64,000 nt of DNA from an uncultured Trueperaceae bacterium. GTDB lineage: Bacteria; Deinococcota; Deinococci; Deinococcales; Trueperaceae. The position numbers and the translations under genes are program-made. Numbering within the stretch: the first letter of the stretch is position 1; each line of letters starts with the position of its first letter. The notes beneath the pieces were generated by a model. It worked only from the letters and a program-made list of their open reading frames with translations, searched no databases and was not told the origin of the DNA. Of the stretch, positions 57,074-64,000 are shown piece after piece. The stretch spans positions 704,001 through 768,000 of the forward strand of contig CAVSGP010000004.1 of NCBI GenBank assembly GCA_963727505.1, in the 5' to 3' direction.

Positions 57074-57385
57074 TCACCCGTTGCCGTGCTCGCGGGCGTA
57101 GCGTTCGATGCGGCGCAAGTCGGCAGTGGCCTTCTCGCGCACCAGGATCTCGCGCATGCGTGCGCCGCCGGCGAACGCACCCATGCCTTGCGCCTCGATG
57201 AGATCCACCATCTTGGCGGCGAACGCGCGCAGCGGCGTCGCCATCGGCAGCTCCCTGGCGGTCATCTCATCGGCCATCGCCAGCGACAGCAGGCCCGCAT
57301 CGAGACCATCGGCGTCGTCGTTGACGGTGACGACGACGTCGCCGTCGTCGGTGGTGACGAGAAAGCGCCGGGGCTGTTCAGGCAT
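57074..57385 (-). CDS. Hypothetical protein
   Basis: Compact ORF with typical codon usage; TAGGCT box upstream. Confidence 0.6.
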   Translation of the reverse strand: MPEQPRRFLVTTDDGDVVVTVNDDADGLDAGLLSLAMADEMTARELPMATPLRAFAAKMVDLIEAQGMGAFAGGARMREILVREKATADLRRIERYAREHGNG

Positions 57386-57572
57386 CGCGGCACAGCCTAT
57401 CACGCGCTGCAGTGGCGCCGCGGCGCCGACGCGCGGGCCGGGATGCTAGCATGGATGCCCACCCCCACGCATCCCTCGCGCCCCAGGCGCTACCCCTCGA
57501 CCAGGAGGACCCCTTGCTCGTTCCGCCCCTGAACGGAGCGCCTCGGAGCGCCACACCCCCGATGGGGCCGGC

Positions 57573-59786
57573 ATGAGCCACCGCAGCCTCGAGCGCGACC
57601 TCGGCCTCTACGCCGTCATCACCATCAGTGTCGGCGCCATGATCGGGAGCGGCATCTTCGTGCTGCCGGGCCTGGCCTCCAAGATCGCGGGGCCCAGCGT
57701 CATCCTGGCATTCCTCCTGGCGGGGCTGATCGTGCTGCCCGCGGCGCTGAGCCAGTCGGAGATGGCCACCGCCATGCCGGAGGCGGGCGGCACCTACCTC
57801 TACGTCGACCGGGCGCTCGGCCCCATGCTGGGCACCATCGCGGGCATCGGTGTGTGGTTCTCGCTGGTGCTCAAGAGCGCCTTCGCGCTGGTGGGGCTGG
57901 GCGCCTACCTGCTGCTGTTCGTCGATCTCCCCACCAAGCCGGTCGCGGTCGCGCTGGCGCTGCTGGTGCTCGCCGTGAACGCCCTCGGGGTGAAGCAGAC
58001 CGGCCGCCTGCAGGCGGTGATCGTCACCGGCGTGCTCGGCGTGCTCCTGCTGTTCGTCCTGCGGGGCGCCGCCGTGGTCGACCCCGCCCGTTACCAGCCC
58101 TTCCTCGCGCACGGGGTGGGCGGCCTGCTGGCCGCGACCGGCTTCGTGTTCGTCAGTTACGCCGGGGTCACCAAGATCGCCAGCGTGGCCGAGGAGGTGC
58201 GCGCTCCGGGCCGGAACATCCCGGCCGGCATCCTGCTCAGCATCGGCCTGATGATGATCGTGTACACGGGCCTCATCTACGTCATCGTGGGCACCAGCGC
58301 GGCCGCACCGCTGCACGCCACCCTCACCCCGATGGCGCTCGCCGCTCGCGACATCCTGGGGGTGGGCGGGGAGATCATCGTCGCCATCACCGCGGTGCTG
58401 GCCCTCACCAGCATGGCGAACGCCGGGGTGCTCTCCAGCTCGCGCTACCCCTTCGCGATGAGCCGCGGTGAGCTAGCGCCGCCGCTGTTCCAGCGCGTGC
58501 ACCCCCGCTACGGCACGCCGGTGGCGTCCATCGCCCTGACCGGCGTGGCGCTGCTCACCCTCATCGCCTTCGTCCCGGTGGTGGATCTCGCCAAGCTCGC
58601 CAGCGCCTTCCAGATCCTGGTGCTGTGCCTCGTGAACCTGGCCCTCATCGCCTTCCGCGAGGGCGAGGTCCCCAGCTACCGCCCCACCTTCCGCTCGCCC
58701 GGCTACCCGTGGGTGCAGCTCGGCGGAATCGCTGCCGGCCTGCTGCTGATCACCCAGATGGGTTGGCTGTCGGTCCTGGGCGCGGCCGGCATCGTGGCCG
58801 TGGGGCTGGTGTGGTTCCGCGCCTACGGGCGCCCCCGCACCGAGCGCGAGGGCGTCGCGCTGGCCGCCCTGCGCCGCAACACCGACAGCGCCGCGGTCGG
58901 TCACACCCGCCGCGCGCTGCATGCGCCCGGCCCCCTCAACCTGCTGGTGCCTGTCCACCCGCACCTGGACGCGGCGCGCGAGCGCGACCTGCTGCGGCTG
59001 GCCGCCATGCTCGCCGACCCGCGCGACCGCCTGCGCGTCATCCGCTTCGACCAGGTACCCGAACAGGTCGAACTGATCGCCGTGGCGCGTCAGTCCAGCG
59101 AGGAGGATATCGCCTTCGAGGCGCGCGTGAAGACAACCCTCGGCGAGATCGGCACCCGCCTCTACCTGGGCAGCGTCGTCGGGCACGACTGGAAGGAGGC
59201 GATCGTCCTCCACGTGCGCGAGCACCGGGTCGACCTGGTTCTCACCGACGAGATCCGCGCCCCTAACCCGCTGCGCCCGTTCAGCCGCGACGCCGGCTGG
59301 CTGATGGACCGCAGCGGCGTCGACGTGGCGGTGCTGGGCCCTCGGCCCCTGGAGGCGATCTCCGAGGTGCTGGTCATGGGCACCGGTGGGCCCTTCGACG
59401 CGCTCAAGATCGACCTGGCGAGCCGCGTCGCTCGCAGTCAGGGCGCCCGCATCCGCTTCATGCACGTCGTGCCCGAGAATGCGCTCCCGGCACAGCTCGA
59501 CACCCTGCGCACCTACCACGACCAGCTCGCCTCGCTGTGTGGCGTGCCCACGGTGAGCGACATCCGCCGCGCCGCGAGCCCCCGCGCGGCACTGGTCGAA
59601 GCCTCCAGCGGCGCCGACCTCGCCATCCTGGGCGCGACGGTCCACCGCTACGTGGGGACCCGTAGCGCCCGCGACCTGGCCCACCAGCTCGCCGCCGGCC
59701 TGGAGTGCCCGGCGCTCATCGTGCATGCGCAGCTCTCGCACCGGCGCACCCTGCTCGGCGCATTGCTCGAGCGCGTCGCGTACTAG
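57573..59786 (+). CDS. APC-family amino acid permease with C-terminal USP-like domains
   Basis: LERDLG...GAMIGSGIFVLPG, AGGTY, SYAG..KIASVAEE, about 12 TMs; soluble USP-like tail. Confidence 0.88.
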   Translation: MSHRSLERDLGLYAVITISVGAMIGSGIFVLPGLASKIAGPSVILAFLLAGLIVLPAALSQSEMATAMPEAGGTYLYVDRALGPMLGTIAGIGVWFSLVLKSAFALVGLGAYLLLFVDLPTKPVAVALALLVLAVNALGVKQTGRLQAVIVTGVLGVLLLFVLRGAAVVDPARYQPFLAHGVGGLLAATGFVFVSYAGVTKIASVAEEVRAPGRNIPAGILLSIGLMMIVYTGLIYVIVGTSAAAPLHATLTPMALAARDILGVGGEIIVAITAVLALTSMANAGVLSSSRYPFAMSRGELAPPLFQRVHPRYGTPVASIALTGVALLTLIAFVPVVDLAKLASAFQILVLCLVNLALIAFREGEVPSYRPTFRSPGYPWVQLGGIAAGLLLITQMGWLSVLGAAGIVAVGLVWFRAYGRPRTEREGVALAALRRNTDSAAVGHTRRALHAPGPLNLLVPVHPHLDAARERDLLRLAAMLADPRDRLRVIRFDQVPEQVELIAVARQSSEEDIAFEARVKTTLGEIGTRLYLGSVVGHDWKEAIVLHVREHRVDLVLTDEIRAPNPLRPFSRDAGWLMDRSGVDVAVLGPRPLEAISEVLVMGTGGPFDALKIDLASRVARSQGARIRFMHVVPENALPAQLDTLRTYHDQLASLCGVPTVSDIRRAASPRAALVEASSGADLAILGATVHRYVGTRSARDLAHQLAAGLECPALIVHAQLSHRRTLLGALLERVAY

Positions 59787-59801
59787 GCTCGACGTTCCGA
59801 G

Positions 59802-61649
59802 ATGCCCCAGCTCCTCGCCACCTACCCCGCCCTCGCCATCGCGGCCGTCATCGCCCTCGGTGCCGGGGCGCAGTGGCTGGCGTGGCGGCTCCACCTGCCC
59901 GCGATCCTCCCGCTGCTGACCATCGGCTTCGTGGTGGGGCCGGTGCTCGGCTGGTTGCGGCCGTCCCAGGTGTTCGGCGACGCTCTGCTCTACCCCGCCG
60001 TGTCACTGGCGGTCGGCCTGGTGCTGTTCGAGGGGGGGCTGACGCTGCGCCTGTCCGAGCTCCACGAGACCCGCCGTGTGATCTTCTACCTGGTCACGGT
60101 GGGGGCGCTGGTCACCTGGCTCGGCAGCGCCGCGGCCGCCCACTGGCTGGGCGCCCTCCCCGGATCGCTGGCCCTGCTGTTCGGCGCCCTCGTCATCGTC
60201 ACCGGTCCCACCGTCATCGGGCCGCTGCTGCGCATCGTGCGGCCGACCGCCCGCGTGGCGAACGTCCTCAAGTGGGAGGGCATCATCATCGACGTGGTGG
60301 GGGCGATGGTGGCGGTGCTGGTCTTCGAGGCCCTGCTGCTGGGCACCGCACAGCCGGCGCCCGAGCGCATCGTGCTGCAACTGGCCCGCTTCCTGCTGGT
60401 GGGCGCAGCAGCCGGGGCGGTGGCCGGCTACGCGCTGGCCTGGCTCCTGAAGCGGCGCGCCATGCCCGACTACCTGATCAACGTGATCTCACTGGCCGCC
60501 CTGTTCGCCGCGTTCTCGCTCGCCAACGTCGTCGCCGACGAGTCCGGGCTGCTGGCAGCGGTGGTGATGGGGGTGGTGCTGGCGAACCTCCGGGTACCCA
60601 ACATCGGCGCGCTGTTGAGCTTCAAGGAGGACCTCAGTGTGCTGTTCGTCAGCATGCTGTTCGTGGTGCTGGCGGCCAACCTTCAGCTCGCCAACCTCGC
60701 CGCGGAGCTCACCTGGCGGGGGCTGGTGCTGCTGCTGGTGCTGGTGCTCGTCACCCGGCCGGCAGGCGTGCTGCTCAGCAGCCTGCGCTCGCCGCTCACG
60801 TGGCGCGAGAAGCTGTTCCTGTCCGGGATCGCGCCGCGTGGCATCGTCGCGGCGGCCGTCAGCTCGCTGTTCGCCTCCAAGCTGACAGCGGCCGGCTTCG
60901 AACAGGCGGGCTCACTGCCGCCGCTGGTCTTCCTGATGATCGTAGGGACGGTGCTTCTGGCGAGCCTGTTCGCCCGCCCGCTGGGGGTGCGGCTGGGCGT
61001 GGCCGATCCCGACCCGCAGGGCTTCCTGATCCTGGGTGCGGACCCCGTTGCCCGCACGGTGGCCCGCGCCCTGCACTCCCAGCGCATCGAGGTGCTGCTC
61101 GCCGACACCAACTGGTCGCACGTCGCGGCCGCCCGCGTCGAGGGGTTGCAGGCCTATTACGGGAGCCTGCTGTCCGACCACAGCGACGACGAGCTCCGCC
61201 TCTCCGGCATCGGCCGGCTGCTGGCCCTGACCTCCAACGACGAGGCCAACGCCCTGACGGCCCTCAAGTACGCGCGCGAGTTCGGCTCGTCCAACGTGTT
61301 CCAGCTCGCCCCGGGGCGCAGCGGGAGCGATCGCGGCCGGCTCGGCGGCGATCGGCGCGGACGCTCGCTCTTCGGCGACGACGTCACGTTCCCGCGCATC
61401 CAGACGCTGGTGCGCGCCGGCGCCAGCGTCAAGCGAACGGAACTGACCGAGCGTTTCGGCCTGGAGGCGTACCTCGAACGCTACGGCAGCGCCTGCATCC
61501 CGCTGTTCGTGCAGGATGGCAAGCGCATCGACGTGGTGGCGGCCGACGACCCGCCGCCCGAGGCCGGGTCGGCGCTGTTCGCGCTGGTGCTCGAGCCCGA
61601 GGAGGAGGCGGGCGCCAGCGACGTGGTGGCACAGCCCGCACGGAGCTGA
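59802..61649 (+). CDS. CPA1 cation/H+ antiporter with TrkA-N-like domain
   Basis: LFEGGL, VTGPTVI.P, WEGI..D, APRG.VAA; C-terminal LILGA...LALT.NDEAN. Confidence 0.88.
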   Translation: MPQLLATYPALAIAAVIALGAGAQWLAWRLHLPAILPLLTIGFVVGPVLGWLRPSQVFGDALLYPAVSLAVGLVLFEGGLTLRLSELHETRRVIFYLVTVGALVTWLGSAAAAHWLGALPGSLALLFGALVIVTGPTVIGPLLRIVRPTARVANVLKWEGIIIDVVGAMVAVLVFEALLLGTAQPAPERIVLQLARFLLVGAAAGAVAGYALAWLLKRRAMPDYLINVISLAALFAAFSLANVVADESGLLAAVVMGVVLANLRVPNIGALLSFKEDLSVLFVSMLFVVLAANLQLANLAAELTWRGLVLLLVLVLVTRPAGVLLSSLRSPLTWREKLFLSGIAPRGIVAAAVSSLFASKLTAAGFEQAGSLPPLVFLMIVGTVLLASLFARPLGVRLGVADPDPQGFLILGADPVARTVARALHSQRIEVLLADTNWSHVAAARVEGLQAYYGSLLSDHSDDELRLSGIGRLLALTSNDEANALTALKYAREFGSSNVFQLAPGRSGSDRGRLGGDRRGRSLFGDDVTFPRIQTLVRAGASVKRTELTERFGLEAYLERYGSACIPLFVQDGKRIDVVAADDPPPEAGSALFALVLEPEEEAGASDVVAQPARS

Positions 61650-61667
61650 ACCGCGGCCGGCGGCCGC

Positions 61668-62369
61668 CTACTCGCTGGCTTCGTCCAGGAACTGCTGCAG
61701 ACGCCCCACGTGGACCGTGATGGGCGCGCGCCGGCGGCGCACCGCCCCGTACTCGAGCAACCGCGCCAGGCAGTGGCTGACGGTCTCGCGCGTGGCCCCG
61801 ATCATCTTGGCGAGGTCCTGCTGGGTCAGGTTGAGGTCGATCACGGTGCCGCGGTCGCCGGTCACGCCGAAGTCGTTGGCGAGCCGCAGCAGCAGGTTGG
61901 CGAGGCGACCGGGGGCGTCGAAGGCGCCGACCTCGGCCTGCCATTGCTGCGCCTGCCACAGGCGCGTGCTCATGACCTGGATGAACTTCATGGCGATCTT
62001 CGGGTACTGCGCCAGCAGACGCTGGAAGTCCTCTTCGGGCATGACGATGAGGGTGGTGTCGACCACGGCCTCGGCCTGGTTGGGCCGCCGCTCGCTCTCG
62101 AGCAGCAGCAGCTCCCCGAAGATGTCGTACTGCCCCAGCAGACCAAGGATCATCTCCTTGCCGTTGGGGAAGTACATGGAGATCTTCACCATGCCGTCGC
62201 GGATGAAGTACAGCGCGTCGGCCGGATCCTCCATGTGGTAGACGATCTCGCCTGCCGCGAACCGCTTGTAGGGCGTGATACGCGACAGCTGCTCGAGCTC
62301 GTCCGGCGACAGATCCTCGAACAGCTGGGTGTTCTTCAGATGCCACACCAGGCTCGGATATTCATGCAT
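61668..62369 (-). CDS. CRP/FNR-family transcriptional regulator
   Basis: LYFIRDGMVKI, IFGE, RRP, LTQQDLAKMIGATRETVS. Confidence 0.92.
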   Translation of the reverse strand: MHEYPSLVWHLKNTQLFEDLSPDELEQLSRITPYKRFAAGEIVYHMEDPADALYFIRDGMVKISMYFPNGKEMILGLLGQYDIFGELLLLESERRPNQAEAVVDTTLIVMPEEDFQRLLAQYPKIAMKFIQVMSTRLWQAQQWQAEVGAFDAPGRLANLLLRLANDFGVTGDRGTVIDLNLTQQDLAKMIGATRETVSHCLARLLEYGAVRRRRAPITVHVGRLQQFLDEASE

Positions 62370-62488
62370 CTACGGCAGTGTACACGACGCGCTGCACGCG
62401 GTAAAGCAGGTCGGAACTCGACCGGCGTCGTGTGGGGCGGGTCTCTTGGCTGCGACGCCGCCCCGAGCGCGCACCCGGGCAACTCCCG

Positions 62489-63553
62489 TCACGAGCCGAC
62501 CGGCGCCAGCAGGTAGGCCTCCAGCAGCGCTGCGGTGCGTTCCAGCGCGCGCCGGTGTGTGCGCTCGTAGCTGTGCGAGGCGTCCACCCCGGGCCCGATC
62601 AGGGCGGCGCGGTGGCTGCCGCCGGCGCGCCAGGCGGCGGTCGCGTCCGAGGCGTAGTAGGGGTAGATGTCGACCTTGAGCGGGATGTCGTGCTCGCGCG
62701 CCAGCCTGCGCAGGCGGCGGTTCATGGCGTAGTCGTAGGGTCCGCCGGAGTCCTTGACGCAAAGCGTCACGTCGTACTCGGTGCTGGTCTGCCCTTCGCC
62801 CACCGCCGCCATATCGATGCACAGCAGCTCCTCGACACCCTCAGGGATGCCGGTGGCCGCGCCGTGCCCCACCTCCTCGTAGTTGGAGACGAAGAAGTGC
62901 GTGTCGCCATCGGGCTGCAGCCGGCCCGCCACGAACGAGCGCGTGACCGCCAGCGCCACCGCCACCGCCGCCTTGTTGTCGAGGTGCCGCCCCTTCACGA
63001 AACCCGATTCGGTGGCGCGCGGTGCACTGTCGAACGACACCACGTCCCCGACCTCGATGCCGAGCGCGCGCGTCTCGGCGGCGGTGCCCGCCTCGACGTC
63101 GAGCCGGATCTCCATGGTGGCGACGTCGCGCTTGATGTCGCGCAGTTCCTGCCCGTGAACGTGCGACGACTGCTTGGTGTTGACCACCGTGCCGGAGACG
63201 GCGCTGCCGTCCTCGGTATGCACCTGGCACTCGGCGCCCTCGATGGTCGCCCAGTCGTAGCCGCCGACGGGGCTGAGCTTGAGGCGCCCGTTGGCCTTGA
63301 TCTCCTTGACCATCGCGCCGAGCGTGTCGATATGGCTGGCCACGGCGCGCGGAGCACCGCCCGTTCCCTCCAGCGTCCACAGCAGCGCGCCCTTCGGCGT
63401 GCGCCGGGCGCGGACCCCCAGCATGTCGAGCTCGGCCTCCACCACCGCCAGGGCGCGATCGGTGAAGCCGGTAGGCGACGGGGTCGCCAGGAGCTCGAGC
63501 AAGACGCGCAAGCCGTCGTCGATGTCCACCCCAGGAAGACTCATGTGCTCCAT
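62489..63553 (-). CDS. M42-family metallopeptidase
   Basis: PSPTG, SHIDTLG, RHLDNKA, YEEVG, IDM, ASHSYER. Confidence 0.9.
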   Translation of the reverse strand: MEHMSLPGVDIDDGLRVLLELLATPSPTGFTDRALAVVEAELDMLGVRARRTPKGALLWTLEGTGGAPRAVASHIDTLGAMVKEIKANGRLKLSPVGGYDWATIEGAECQVHTEDGSAVSGTVVNTKQSSHVHGQELRDIKRDVATMEIRLDVEAGTAAETRALGIEVGDVVSFDSAPRATESGFVKGRHLDNKAAVAVALAVTRSFVAGRLQPDGDTHFFVSNYEEVGHGAATGIPEGVEELLCIDMAAVGEGQTSTEYDVTLCVKDSGGPYDYAMNRRLRRLAREHDIPLKVDIYPYYASDATAAWRAGGSHRAALIGPGVDASHSYERTHRRALERTAALLEAYLLAPVGS

Positions 63554-63591
63554 CGTAATCCGGCGCCGGCGAACGGTGCAGCCGCCGGGCC

Positions 63592-63936
63592 TCAGCGCTC
63601 CTGGGCAGAGACCTGTGCTTCGCTGCCCAGCGCACCCCAATCGTCCACGCTGCCCTCCTCCTGGAACCACGGCAGGCCGCGCAGGTAGGCCGAGCGCGCG
63701 ATCATGTATCCCGACAGCGGGGCCGTGAGTAAGAAGAAGCCGGCGATGAGCAGCACCCGCGGAGTACCGTCGACCGGATAGAAGGCGATGGCGGCGCCGG
63801 CGAAGATCCCCAGGCCGCCCAGCGTCACCAGCTTGGTCGCGGCGTGCAGGCGGGTGTAGACGTCGGGGAAGCGCACCAGGCCCACCGCCGCGGCCAGCAA
63901 GAAGACGCAGCCGAGCAGGACCAGCACCTGGGCCAC
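63592..63936 (-). CDS. mnhG: Mrp/Mnh Na+/H+ antiporter subunit G (start uncertain)
   Basis: GLVRFPDVYTRLHAATK..TLG, FFLLTAP. Confidence 0.88.
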   Translation of the reverse strand: MAQVLVLLGCVFLLAAAVGLVRFPDVYTRLHAATKLVTLGGLGIFAGAAIAFYPVDGTPRVLLIAGFFLLTAPLSGYMIARSAYLRGLPWFQEEGSVDDWGALGSEAQVSAQER

Positions 63937-64000
63937 CGGATGGCCGTCGAGCGTCGAGGTGGCGCGTGCCGGAGCCGCGGCGTGCGCGGCCGAGCCCGCC

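Overview
High-GC chromosomal window with dense gene packing. Gene content points to Deinococcota, probably Trueperaceae-like (inference from carH-ldrP, a 3D-domain protein and many leaderless starts). Most of it is housekeeping: ansA, proC, tgt, recX, purH, ffh-rpsP-khpA-rimM-trmD, pilD, argF-argC-argJ, lpdA, leuS, maf-mreC, rpiA-acpS, rnhA, transporters and three tRNAs (Pro-CGG, Asn-GTT, Arg-CCG). There is no CRISPR array, IS element or prophage; the only mobile element is a LAGLIDADG intein at the active-site Cys of class II RNR (nrdJ). The standout is an accessory locus at about 4.5-11 kb. Three c-di-GMP-II riboswitch aptamers (one tandem pair, one single) precede two paralogous GH26 glycoside hydrolases and carry start-codon-sequestering stems. 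These genes converge on a 920-aa processive GT2 glycan synthase fused to a lytic-transglycosylase (SLT) domain, which is divergent from a 3D-domain cell-wall protein. This looks like a c-di-GMP/RNA-controlled surface-polysaccharide system. Other notable items: a leaderless leader-peptide attenuator with a single rare CUA codon upstream of leuS, five NrdR-like boxes upstream of nrdJ, a TGT with a queuine-salvage-type pocket plus a YhhQ transporter, and a carH-ldrP module with no adjacent carotenoid genes. All calls were made by eye from motifs; no searches were run.
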